Positions 19,870 to 29,814 are shown, counted from the first letter of the stretch. The stretch is 43,077 bases of DNA from Hydrurus foetidus (GCA_900617105.1 UYFQ01000011.1:62001-105077), one strand, 5' to 3'. Notes: generated by a model from the letters alone, not told the origin. Program-made: numbers and translations.

Positions 19870-20825
19870 GCAACGCTGTGAACATCACCCTGCCGCAGGA
19901 AATCTTGCTGGCCGAGCCGCGCGGCTTCTGTGCCGGTGTGGACCGCGCCATCGAGATTGTGGAAAAGGCGCTGGTCAAGTTCGGCCGGCCCATCTATGTG
20001 CGCCACGAGATCGTGCACAACACCTATGTGGTGAACGACCTGAAGGCCCGCGGCGCCATCTTCATCGAAGAGCTGGACGACGTGCCCCCGGGCGCCACGC
20101 TGGTGTTCTCGGCCCACGGCGTCAGCCAGGCGATCCAGCGAGAGGCGGCGCGCCGTGGCTTCCAGATTTTCGACGCCACCTGTCCTCTGGTGACCAAGGT
20201 GCACGTGGAAGTGGCCAAGCTGCACAAGGAAGGCTACGAGTTCATCATGATCGGCCACAAGGGCCACCCCGAGGTGGAAGGCACCATGGGCCAGCTCGAC
20301 AGCGGCATCCACCTGGTGGAAGACGTGGCCGATGTGGCCAAGGTGCAGCCCAGCCAGACCGCCAAGCTGGCCGTGGTGACGCAGACCACGCTGAGCGTGG
20401 ACGACGCCGCCGAGATTTCTGCCGCCGTGAAGGCGCGGTTTCCAAATGTGCGCGAGCCCAAGCAGCAAGACATTTGCTACGCCACGCAAAACCGCCAGGA
20501 CGCGGTGAAGGTGATGAGTCCGCAGGTGGACATCGTGATCGTGGTGGGCAGCCCTACCAGCTCCAACAGCAACCGCCTGCGTGAATTGGCCAAGAAGCTG
20601 GGCACCGAGAGCTATATGGTGGACAACGCGGAAGAACTGAAGGCCGAATGGTTTGAAGGCCGATCCCGCGTGGGCCTGACCGCCGGCGCCAGCGCCCCCG
20701 AGATTCTGGTGAAGGCTGTCATCGACCGCATCAAGGCGCTGGGCGCCGTGTCGGTGCGCAAGATGGACGGTATCGAGGAAACCGTGAAGTTCCCGCTGCC
20801 CAAGGGGCTGAAGCTGGAAGAGTGA
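19866..20825 (+). CDS. ispH: 4-hydroxy-3-methylbut-2-enyl diphosphate reductase
   Basis: 'PRGFCAGVDRAI', 'FSAHG', 'DATCPLV.KVH', 'DICYATQNRQ', 'SSNSNRL', 'TAGASAP'. Confidence 0.97.
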   Translation: MSNAVNITLPQEILLAEPRGFCAGVDRAIEIVEKALVKFGRPIYVRHEIVHNTYVVNDLKARGAIFIEELDDVPPGATLVFSAHGVSQAIQREAARRGFQIFDATCPLVTKVHVEVAKLHKEGYEFIMIGHKGHPEVEGTMGQLDSGIHLVEDVADVAKVQPSQTAKLAVVTQTTLSVDDAAEISAAVKARFPNVREPKQQDICYATQNRQDAVKVMSPQVDIVIVVGSPTSSNSNRLRELAKKLGTESYMVDNAEELKAEWFEGRSRVGLTAGASAPEILVKAVIDRIKALGAVSVRKMDGIEETVKFPLPKGLKLEE

Positions 20826-20839
20826 AGCGACAGTAGAGC

Positions 20840-20895
20840 GCTATGGTTTTGATAGCTGCTGGCGCAATAAAATAGAGGGCTAGCGCCCGATTTGG
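20840..20895 (+). repeat. Intergenic copy of the dispersed fixed-spacing motif
   Basis: GCTAT-GGTTTTG-ATAGC-TGCTGGC-GCA-ATAAAATA-GAGGGCTAGC-GCCCG-ATTTGG. Confidence 0.75.
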
Positions 20896-20952
20896 TACTG
20901 AAACTTGCGGGACAGACCGCGGCCGCATGCGGCAAGCTCTGTCCTCAACTGA

Positions 20953-22284
<1,332 letters not shown>

Positions 22285-22320
22285 TAGAATCGCTGCTTCG
22301 TTTCGACCGACACGAATTCA

Positions 22321-22408
22321 GGAGAAGTGGCAGAGTGGTCGAATGTACCTGACTCGAAATCAGGCGTGTCGTAAGGCACCGAGGGTTCGAATCCCTCCTT
22401 CTCCTCCA
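22321..22408 (+). tRNA. tRNA-Ser (anticodon CGA)
   Basis: Acceptor stem GGAGAAG/CTTCTCC; anticodon arm CCTGA-CTCGAAA-TCAGG; long variable arm; GGTTCGAATCC; encoded CCA. Confidence 0.95.
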
Positions 22409-22442
22409 GTGATAGGTTTGTAGTGATCCGATACAGACCCCC

Positions 22443-22483
22443 AAAAGCCCCGTAAGCCCTAGTGCTACGGGGCTTTTTTGTTT
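22443..22483 (+). terminator. Element-supplied terminator after the tRNA
   Basis: AAAAGCCCCGTA...TACGGGGCTTTTTT. Confidence 0.8.
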
Positions 22484-22498
22484 CCGGTCGTCCGAAGT

Positions 22499-22565
22499 GG
22501 GGTATTGCAAGCCGGATGAAATCGGGGGTATCTTTGGGGGTATCGGCAGAAAAAAGTGGGGGTAT
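22499..22565 (+). repeat. Putative integrase arm-type sites, left end
   Basis: GGGG(G)TAT at 22499, 22524, 22536 and 22558; the 12-bp-spaced pair is mirrored at 29679/29691. Confidence 0.7.
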
Positions 22566-22594
22566 TTCCCAAATTGGCCGATTTGGAGCCTCTT

Positions 22595-23809
22595 ATGCCC
22601 CTGACCGATCAAGCAATCAAGAAAGCCAAAGCTGGCCCCCGCCCGGTCAAGATGAGCGACGGCCATGGGCTGTACCTTTTGGTGACAGAAACAGGCTCCA
22701 AGCTGTGGCGCTGGAAGTACCGTGTGGACGGTAAGGAAAAGGTGATGGCCTTGGGGGGCTATGACGATGTTTCGCTGGCTTCGGCGCGGGAGCTGATGGC
22801 AGCGCAGCGCAAGAACCTAAAAGCTGGCAAAGACCCCATGGCACAGCGCAAGGCCACTAAGCTGGCTAGACAGGTGGCGGCTGACAATTCATTCCAGACC
22901 GTCGCCCTATTGTGGTGGGAGCAATGGCGCGAAGCCAAAAGCCCCCGCCACGCCGATGACGTGTTGCGGCGACTCAACGCCGACATATTCCCCGCTATTG
23001 GCAAACGCCCGGTATCTGAAATTCAAGCCCCTGAATTGGTGGCGATGGTCAAGGCCATTGCAGGCCGTGGCGCGCTCGATATTGCCAAGCGGGCTTTGCA
23101 GTCGTCCGGGCAGGTTTTCCGCTACAGCATCGCCCATGGGCTGGCAACGCGCAACCCAGCGACGGATATCAAGCCCGCCGACGTTTTGGCATCGCGCGAG
23201 AAGGTGAACTTTGCGCGGCTGGACTCCAAGGAGCTACCCGAGCTAATGCGGCACATAGACGCCTATCAAGGCGCTGTGGTGACCCGTTTGGCAATGAAGC
23301 TGATGGCGCTCACGTTCGTGCGCACGTCGGAGCTGATTGCGGCGCGGTGGGAGGAATTCGACCTAGAAGCCGCACGGTGGAACATACCGGCAGCGCGCAT
23401 GAAGATGAAAACGCCCCATATCGTGCATTTGTCCACCCAAGCCATTGAGATTTTGCAGACGCTGCACATTGTGTCTGGGCACGGGGCCTTGCTCTTTCCT
23501 GGTGAGCGGGATCACGAGAAGCCCATGAGCAACAACACGATCCTGAAAGCGCTGGAGCGCATGGGCTACAAGGGCCGTATGACGGGGCACGGCTTTCGGG
23601 GGATAGCGTCAACTGTGCTGCATGAGATGGGCTTTAACCATGCCCACATCGAGCTGCAATTGGCGCACCAAGAACGCGACCAAGTGAGCGCGGCGTACAA
23701 CTACGCGACCTATCTGGAGGAGCGTGCCAAGATGATGCAACATTGGGGCGACTATTTGGAAAACTGCACGAAGGCCAATGTGGTGGCCTTCAAACGCAAG
23801 AGCGCATAG
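22595..23809 (+). CDS. P4-family tyrosine integrase
   Basis: N-terminal arm-binding 'DGHGLYLLV...GSKLWRWKYR'; catalytic R (VRTSE), K (MKMK), HGFR, LAH, AAYN. Confidence 0.95.
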   Translation: MPLTDQAIKKAKAGPRPVKMSDGHGLYLLVTETGSKLWRWKYRVDGKEKVMALGGYDDVSLASARELMAAQRKNLKAGKDPMAQRKATKLARQVAADNSFQTVALLWWEQWREAKSPRHADDVLRRLNADIFPAIGKRPVSEIQAPELVAMVKAIAGRGALDIAKRALQSSGQVFRYSIAHGLATRNPATDIKPADVLASREKVNFARLDSKELPELMRHIDAYQGAVVTRLAMKLMALTFVRTSELIAARWEEFDLEAARWNIPAARMKMKTPHIVHLSTQAIEILQTLHIVSGHGALLFPGERDHEKPMSNNTILKALERMGYKGRMTGHGFRGIASTVLHEMGFNHAHIELQLAHQERDQVSAAYNYATYLEERAKMMQHWGDYLENCTKANVVAFKRKSA

Positions 23810-23825
23810 ACAAGAAATTGATTTC

Positions 23826-23880
23826 GCCAGCCCTAGGCTGATCCCCGAAAACCCGTTATCCCCTGACGGGCTGGGCTGGC
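23826..23880 (+). ncRNA. Structured RNA candidate downstream of the integrase (int-alpA-motif-like)
   Basis: Outer stem GCCAGCCC/GGGCTGGC, inner stem CCCGTTA/TGACGGG, central CTAGGCTGATCCCCGAAAA; lies between int and alpA. Confidence 0.5.
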
Positions 23881-23907
23881 AATTTACAACAGGGACGAGG
23901 GGGGCGT

Positions 23908-24441
23908 ATGACGCAAAAATATGGTGGTGTGTTGAGTAAAAAACTACCCCCAAAAAATGACGGAAAGAAGTTAGCTGCATTGCTGAGAGAAGACGAAGAT
24001 GCATTTCAAGCGCTTGTGGACGCGGAGTGGGATCAAATAATTGCCAAGATTCCGGCCTTACTCGACCACTATGAAATAGACCACAATCTCAACCCAGATC
24101 ACAAGCTGTTTAAGCTCGCAATAGCACTTGCTAAGGCACACGTACCTGGCTTTCAATGGGAAAAAAAACGTGGCGCGCCGACTAAGTGGGACTCCGCAAA
24201 ACGAAGAAAAGCAGCTCACGCATTACGTCGGTTGAGTCTCGAACGTCCTGGCAAGAGTGAAAACGATTTGGCGAAAGTGCTGCACAAGCAAACGCCGTGG
24301 AATGAAATGAGTAGATCACCTGAAGCATTGTTGAAGCAGGTTCGACTTTTGAACAAAGAGAAGGCCGCATCGGATGAAATACTTGCTCAGTCAAACGGGG
24401 TAAATCGGTTGGCGATGCTTATGAGGGGTGGAATTAAATAG
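23908..24441 (+). CDS. Hypothetical protein, possibly DNA-binding
   Basis: 177-aa ORF with RBS-like GAGGGGG; basic 'KKRGAPTKW' followed by a helical C-terminus. Confidence 0.6.
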   Translation: MTQKYGGVLSKKLPPKNDGKKLAALLREDEDAFQALVDAEWDQIIAKIPALLDHYEIDHNLNPDHKLFKLAIALAKAHVPGFQWEKKRGAPTKWDSAKRRKAAHALRRLSLERPGKSENDLAKVLHKQTPWNEMSRSPEALLKQVRLLNKEKAASDEILAQSNGVNRLAMLMRGGIK

Positions 24442-24468
24442 GAGCTCTTTTAATTCCACGGAATTAAA
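24428..24468. promoter_or_regulatory. Triple GGAATTAAA operator-like array upstream of alpA
   Basis: GTGGAATTAAA-N10-TTTAATTCCAC perfect inverted repeat, plus a third GGAATTAAA at 24460-24468. Confidence 0.55.
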
Positions 24469-24536
24469 TTGAAGGGGTGTTTTATTTCCGTGAGTGCATA
24501 GGCATTCTCGACTTGTCTACTTTAGGAGATAGTCGA

Positions 24537-24752
24537 ATGACGCAATGCAATACGGTTCAAGGCACCGATCAAAAGCCTCACTATGCACGCGCCAAGGTTG
24601 CCTGCGCGCACTTCCAAATCGCACGGTCAACGCTGTGGCAGTGGGCAAAATCCCGCCATGGTTTCCCGCAACCATTGAAGGCCGGGGAGAAGGTCACGCT
24701 GTTTGATATCAACGCCATCGACGCTTTTCTCAAAGCGCAGGCAGCGAAGTGA
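24537..24752 (+). CDS. alpA: AlpA-family regulator/excisionase
   Basis: AGGAG RBS; 'IARSTLWQWAK...FPQPLK.G..VTLFD...IDAFL'. Confidence 0.85.
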   Translation: MTQCNTVQGTDQKPHYARAKVACAHFQIARSTLWQWAKSRHGFPQPLKAGEKVTLFDINAIDAFLKAQAAK

Positions 24753-24763
24753 GGGAGCAAGCC

Positions 24764-25072
24764 ATGACAAAAGAAAAGGGCACTTCCCCCGAGAAGAAAG
24801 CGGACTTAGAAACAATCAGGGCAGCGTTTAAAGGCACTGCCAGCCGTTCACAAGCGGCCCGGCTATTGGAGGCGCTATCGCGCTATTCCATCACCACGTT
24901 TGAGGCCATGCGCTATTTGGACGTGTACCACTGCCCAGCCCGCGTGCTGCAGCTTCGCAAGCAAGGCCATCAGATAGCTACCCACTGGCAAACGGTCGTT
25001 ACCGAAGCGGGCGTAAAACACCGCGTAGGGCTGTACGCACTGGAAAGCAGGGGCAGCCATGCCCCCCACTGA
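24764..25072 (+). CDS. Winged HTH protein (HTH_39-like)
   Basis: 'SQAARLLEAL...ITTFEA.RYLDVYH..ARVLQLRKQG..I.T.W'. Confidence 0.7.
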   Translation: MTKEKGTSPEKKADLETIRAAFKGTASRSQAARLLEALSRYSITTFEAMRYLDVYHCPARVLQLRKQGHQIATHWQTVVTEAGVKHRVGLYALESRGSHAPH

Positions 25073-25826
25073 TAGACCGATCCTGGCTGTCTGTAAGGGC
25101 GCAGCGTTGCGAGTCTGGTGCGCTACGCCTTCACAGTACCTGACCGACCTACTGAAAAAGCTAAGGTGGCCTAGATGAGCGGGGCCGCTATCTTGAGAAT
25201 TAAAAAGCTCACAGGTAGCGGCATCATCGGAAAAGCGGCGCGCCATAACAAGCGCACGATTCAAGCGGAGATAGGCGCGTCGGCATCTATTGACACGACA
25301 CGCTCTCACTTGAATGAAACCCTTACGGGGCCGCTGACCCCTGATGCCGTGGCACAGCTTGCCAAAGACCTGATGGCAGCGGCAGGGCTTACTAGCCTAC
25401 GCAAAGACGCTGTGCTGGGCTTGGAGCTGGTGTTTAGCCTGCCAGTGGCGCACGGCTTGAATGAGCGTGATTACTTCATGGCCTGCACAGCATGGGCCGG
25501 TGACTACTTTGGCGGCGCAAAGAACGTGCTGAGTGCTGACTTGCACAGGGACGAAGCGCAACACCATTGCCATGTATTGATCTTGCCACTGGTGGACGGG
25601 CGTATGAACGGCGGGAAGCTGATGGGCAACCGCAAAAACCTGATGACGATGCAACAAAGCTTTTTTGATGCTGTGGCGTCGATCTATGGCCTGCACAAAG
25701 CCCCTGCCAAGCTCTCAGGACTCACAAGGCAGGCAGCGGCAAAGACCGTGCTTCAAACGCTCAGGGCCCCCTGTGTCAGACTAGTTGTCGCCTCTAACGA
25801 ATTTAATCTTAGAGACTCAAACAACA

Positions 25827-26312
25827 ATGAAATCCCAATATTCAGAAGAATTTATCGAACAGGCGCTGGTCAAGCTGCTGTCCCGTGGGAGCCGATCGGT
25901 CAAGTCCGTAGCCCAAGAGTTGAACGTGAATTACCACACAGCGAAGAATTGGTTAAAGCCAGGATCGACAGTCAAAGCCGATTCGCCATCCGTAAAAGAG
26001 AGACGCCCGCAGGACTGGAATGCCCAAGATCAGCTCGTTGCACTGCATGAAACCCACGCCCTGTCTGGCGACGCTTTGCAAGCCTGGTGTCGCGCGCGCG
26101 GGTTGTTTGCCCACCATCTGACGACCTGGCGGGTAGCTTTTTGCGAGACAGCCAAGGCCGGTCCTGGGGCTCGGGAACTGCGTACCCTGAAGGACGAGAA
26201 CGATCAACTAAAGCGTGATCTGTTACGCAAAGAGAAAGCTTTGGCAGAGGCCGCAGCGCTACTGATTCTGCAAAAAAAGTTCCGTGCGCTGTGGGAGGAC
26301 GAGGCCAAATGA
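25827..26312 (+). CDS. IS OrfA (HTH plus coiled coil)
   Basis: 'YSEEF', 'VAQELNV', 'LLRKEKALAEAAALLILQKK'; slippery A-AAA-AAG at 26273-26279. Confidence 0.88.
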   Translation: MKSQYSEEFIEQALVKLLSRGSRSVKSVAQELNVNYHTAKNWLKPGSTVKADSPSVKERRPQDWNAQDQLVALHETHALSGDALQAWCRARGLFAHHLTTWRVAFCETAKAGPGARELRTLKDENDQLKRDLLRKEKALAEAAALLILQKKFRALWEDEAK

Positions 26313-27388
26313 GCACACTCACAGCGCGCAGCAACATCATCGCCCTTGTGGGCCAGGCCATCCAAGACGGGGCACGCCAAGACCGCGCCTGCGAGGTGAT
26401 CTCCTTGAGCGAGCGCACTTTGCAGCGTTGGCAGCGCGACCAATCCCGGGGGGACCAACGGCCTATTCGCGTGCAGGAGCCAAAGAACGCGCTCAGTGCG
26501 CAGGAACGCCAGGCTGTTCTGGCAGTGGCTCAGTCGCAGGAGTTCGGGCATCTGTGCCCCAGTCAGATCGTTCCCCGCTTGGCCGACCAGGGGAACTACG
26601 TGGCCTCTGAATCGACGTTTTACCGCGTCCTCAAAGCAGCAAACCAGCTCCAGCACCGTGGGGCCGAGCGTCCCCGTACCAAGCGCAGCAAACCGCGTGC
26701 GCTGGTCGCTACAGCGCCCAGGCAGTTGTTCAGCTGGGACATTACGTACTTGCCCACGCGGGTGGTGGGGGGCTTCTTTTACCTGTACCTGTTTTTGGAC
26801 ATTTTTAGCCGCAAGATCGTGGGATGGCAGGTCTACGATTGCGAGAGCAGTGAGCTGGCCGGCGAGGTGATGCGTGATATTTGCATGCGTGAAAACATCG
26901 CGCCCAACCAAGTGGTTCTGCATTCTGACAACGGCAGCCCGATGAAGGGCGCCACAATGCTGGCCACCTTGCAGGATCTGGGCGTGGTGCCAACGTTCAG
27001 TCGTCCCTCGGTGAGCAATGACAACCCGTTCTCGGAATCACTTTTTAAGACCCTGAAATACCGCCCCCATTACCCTGCACGGGCGTTTGAGAGTCTTCTG
27101 GCTGCACGCCAATGGGTAGGCCAGTTCGTGCACTGGTACAACCGGGAACACCGCCACAGCGCAGTCCGCTTTGTAACGCCACACGAGCGCCATGAAGGTC
27201 TGGAGAATGGTCTGCTGCAGCGCAGAGATGACGTTTACGAAGCGGCCAAAGCAGCCAATCCACAGCGCTGGAGCGGGGCCACCAGGAACTGGCAGCCGGT
27301 GCGTGTTGTCCACCTGAATCCCGATCAGTCGAGTGTCAAGAAAATTCGTCGAAAGGAAGAACGCTCGGAACTCAAAAAAGTCGCATAA
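26309..27388 (+). CDS. IS OrfB DDE transposase (-1 frame relative to OrfA)
   Basis: 'WDITY', 'LHSDNGSPM', 'SNDNPFSESLFKTLK', 'WYNREHRHS'. Confidence 0.92.
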   Translation: MSTLTARSNIIALVGQAIQDGARQDRACEVISLSERTLQRWQRDQSRGDQRPIRVQEPKNALSAQERQAVLAVAQSQEFGHLCPSQIVPRLADQGNYVASESTFYRVLKAANQLQHRGAERPRTKRSKPRALVATAPRQLFSWDITYLPTRVVGGFFYLYLFLDIFSRKIVGWQVYDCESSELAGEVMRDICMRENIAPNQVVLHSDNGSPMKGATMLATLQDLGVVPTFSRPSVSNDNPFSESLFKTLKYRPHYPARAFESLLAARQWVGQFVHWYNREHRHSAVRFVTPHERHEGLENGLLQRRDDVYEAAKAANPQRWSGATRNWQPVRVVHLNPDQSSVKKIRRKEERSELKKVA

Positions 27389-27950
27389 CACTTACTCTTA
27401 GGCGACAACTAGCTTGACATCCTCCGAGGGCGAGCGCTGATGCAGCTCTGAAAAGCAAAGTGTGGGCGTCGATCCGTGATGCGATAGAGCGCGATCCAGT
27501 GCCCTACCTGCAAGCCTTGGGAGTAGATGCGCCAGCCCCGGCCAAGCGCATAAGGACGATGGCGGAGATATTCACCAGCAAGGGCAAAGGAAAGCGCAAA
27601 GAGCCGATCTCTATAGACTTTGGATCAACCCAAAAAGGTCGAAGTCTATGCTCTGTAGAGTTCCCCCAAAAAGCACCTTCACCCGCGACAACAAAGCCGG
27701 ACTCGATAGCAGAGCCTCAAGAGCTTGTGCGAGTCCGAGAGTCAGAGCTAGACCCGTCGCTGTTCAACCCAGAGACGGGCGAATATTTCCAAAGACCCCC
27801 AAAGCCTGAGCTTCGCCAAAAGCAGGCGGCACAGGAATGGGTCACGAAAGCCCTAGACGCGCATCGAGTCGATTCCAGACCAGTACGCGTGCGAGGCATC
27901 TAAATATCAAGTTAGCCAAGAGGCTTCGTTTTCTGTGAGTTCGAAGCACA

Positions 27951-28424
27951 ATGCCCAAAAACTCTATGGAGAAAAGTATGCAGTTCCGCGATTTTCTGAA
28001 AATTTGGCTAATCAGTTGGATACCTGACCTTGCCCTGTCTTGGACGTACATGAGATTTTCCGACAGCCAGACATCGAGTTTCTGGTGGTGTCTTTTGACG
28101 TTGCAAGGTATTCAAATCTTTTTCATGATTAAAACCATCATCGCCGGATCACTAATTTTCCATCTCTTTTCGAAAGAAAGGGTTTCCGAGGTGATGGTGA
28201 CATCGATGCGGAGAGCAAAGTACCCGCCGCCGGAAATAGATGAGGACTTCGAGTCCTACATGTACCGTTTGGTTACCGATGAGTCATTTTCAACAGAAGT
28301 CCGTATCGCTGCCAATGGCTCTTTGTGTGAATTTCGTGCTGTGCAACAAACTGGCCTTTTCGTTTCGCTGAGAGCGGCTGCTACTGCCGACCTCGCAATG
28401 AAGAAATATATTGAGAGCAATTAA
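27951..28424 (+). CDS. Hypothetical membrane protein (low-GC cargo)
   Basis: 157-aa ORF with two hydrophobic N-terminal segments; AT-richer than its neighbours. Confidence 0.55.
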   Translation: MPKNSMEKSMQFRDFLKIWLISWIPDLALSWTYMRFSDSQTSSFWWCLLTLQGIQIFFMIKTIIAGSLIFHLFSKERVSEVMVTSMRRAKYPPPEIDEDFESYMYRLVTDESFSTEVRIAANGSLCEFRAVQQTGLFVSLRAAATADLAMKKYIESN

Positions 28425-29014
28425 TGGCAAAAGGCGGATCACGGTTAGGGGCTGGCAGACCGGGCTACAAAGTCAAGGGCGAACAACTGCACCGGGTAGA
28501 TGTGCGTGTATGGGCGCGGCAGGGGCAGCTCTCACGCGCGCACGCATTTTCGTGGTCGTGGAACAGGGGCGGGGAACCTACGGGCAGCATAGGGGTGACT
28601 GTGTTCCCCCAAAGCGCTGTGCGGCTGATCTACACAATGACTGCTGACGGCGAGAAGCGCAACATTGACGAACGGGTGGCGCTGATCTACAAGCCCTGCA
28701 ACTTCGGCGGCGCGCGTCCGTGGTTTCAATGTCCACGCTGCACCCGGCAGGTAGCCCAGCTCTATATGCGCGCCGGGCGCTTTGCTTGCAGACATTGCCA
28801 GCGGGTGGCCTACAGCTCTCAGTCTGAGGACGTTATGGCCCGCATGTGGCGCAAGCAGCAACGCATGGAGACACGCCTAGGGGATGGCTGGCAGCGGCCT
28901 AAAGGTATGAGGCAGCGCACGTATGAGCGGCTGATGGATCGGCTGGCTGATTGCGAGCTGAGAAGGGATCAAGCTTTTTGTGTAGCAGCGGCGCGGTTGA
29001 TGGGCTACGTATGA
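28424..29014 (+). CDS. Hypothetical Zn-finger protein of integrated elements
   Basis: 'FGGARPWFQCPRC...LY....FACRHC..VAYSSQ', 'RPKGMR..TY.RL'; N-terminal 'GG.R.GAGRP'. Confidence 0.7.
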   Translation: MAKGGSRLGAGRPGYKVKGEQLHRVDVRVWARQGQLSRAHAFSWSWNRGGEPTGSIGVTVFPQSAVRLIYTMTADGEKRNIDERVALIYKPCNFGGARPWFQCPRCTRQVAQLYMRAGRFACRHCQRVAYSSQSEDVMARMWRKQQRMETRLGDGWQRPKGMRQRTYERLMDRLADCELRRDQAFCVAAARLMGYV

Positions 29015-29118
29015 ATTTCACGCTAATGGGGGAGTGTCAAATCGCTGCCCTCGTGAGAGAATTCATGGCTAATTTTTTGCAGTTGTCGCTGCAAAGTTAG
29101 GTGAGTACAAATTTAGGG

Positions 29119-29547
29119 ATGAGTATGTTCAAAATAATTGCCATCGCAACTACGGTTGCTCTAACTGGTTGCGCTTCGGTCACTGGGTCAAAAATTCAGC
29201 CTTTGAGTGTCCAAACTGTTTATGACAACAAAGAAGTTTCTGGTGTTGGCTGCACACTAACAAATGACGCTGGTAAGTGGTTCGTCACTACTCCCGGCAG
29301 CGTTTCCGTACAGAAAAGTACTGGTGATATGGCCGTTGTTTGCACAAAAGACGGACTGACAGGGCAAGAGACCGCAGTCTCCAAGGGCAACGGTAGCGTT
29401 TGGGGAAATATTTTGGCTGGAGGCCCCATTGGCTATGTCGTTGACCGAAGCACAGGGGCAGGCTTCGACTATCCCAACACAATCACTGTTGTCCTGCGAC
29501 AAATCAGTGAGGCAATCGGCATTTCATCACCTCCCGCTGCAAAGTGA
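29119..29547 (+). CDS. Lipoprotein of unknown function
   Basis: Lipobox LTGC; 'GNILAGG.IG..VD..TGA.FDYP'. Confidence 0.75.
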   Translation: MSMFKIIAIATTVALTGCASVTGSKIQPLSVQTVYDNKEVSGVGCTLTNDAGKWFVTTPGSVSVQKSTGDMAVVCTKDGLTGQETAVSKGNGSVWGNILAGGPIGYVVDRSTGAGFDYPNTITVVLRQISEAIGISSPPAAK

Positions 29548-29678
29548 TCTTGAAACAACAAATCGGCCTTCCGGATTGCATGAGTTTTAAAGCGCAATCG
29601 GGACCGTGCTTTCGTTTTTGGCTGACTTAACTGAGCACTAGCGAATTAACCAAAAAGGGCAGGGCAGCAAAACCGATT

Positions 29679-29697
29679 GGGGGTATTTAAGGGGGTA
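29679..29697 (+). repeat. Putative integrase arm-type sites, right end
   Basis: GGGGGTA twice at 12-bp spacing, about 65 bp inside attR. Confidence 0.7.
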
Positions 29698-29777
29698 CTT
29701 TAAAAGAAATCACTAAGGAAACCTAGATTCCATGCGAGTTAGCGAGGATGATAGTAAAGACTCCTTCCCTCCAGAAT

Positions 29778-29814
29778 AAAAAACCCCGCATTGCCTGGCA
29801 GTGCGGGGTTTTCT
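29778..29814 (+). terminator. Displaced native tRNA terminator after attR
   Basis: AAAACCCCGCATTGCC-T-GGCAGTGCGGGGTTTT. Confidence 0.78.

Larger units (their letters stand above)
25767..27426 (+). mobile_element. IS3-like insertion sequence
   Basis: Subterminal IRs TGTCAGACTAGTTGTCGCCT (25774-25793) and rc TGTCAAGCTAGTTGTCGCCT (27400-27419); flanking AGGG(C) duplication at 25763 and 27427. Confidence 0.88.
25175..27903 (+). pseudogene. MobV/Mob_Pre relaxase interrupted by an IS (354 aa when rejoined)
   Basis: Motif I HNKR and motif III HRDE..HHCH; joining 25175-25766 to 27431-27903 gives a continuous frame ...QTLRASADAALKSKVWA... Confidence 0.85.
22395..29774 (+). mobile_element. tRNA-Ser-integrated element (P4-type integrase, AlpA, MobV relaxase); IME/satellite-like
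   Basis: attL CTCCTTCTCCTCCAG (22395-22409) and attR CTCCTTC-CCTCCAG (29761-29774); GGGGGTA arm-type repeats near both ends; integrase adjacent to the tRNA. Confidence 0.88.

Noticed and set aside
22499..22565. CRISPR or iteron array
   Set aside because: Units are only 7-8 bp, irregularly spaced and mirrored near attR; better explained as integrase arm sites
25095..25135. oriT upstream of the relaxase (AAGGGCGCA plus an imperfect hairpin)
   Set aside because: Position is plausible, but it only partly resembles a MOBQ-type nick region and does not match MobV oriTs I know
25767..26050. C-terminal part of the 291-aa ORF 25175-26050
   Set aside because: Read-through into IS sequence; the true relaxase C-terminus is at 27431-27903
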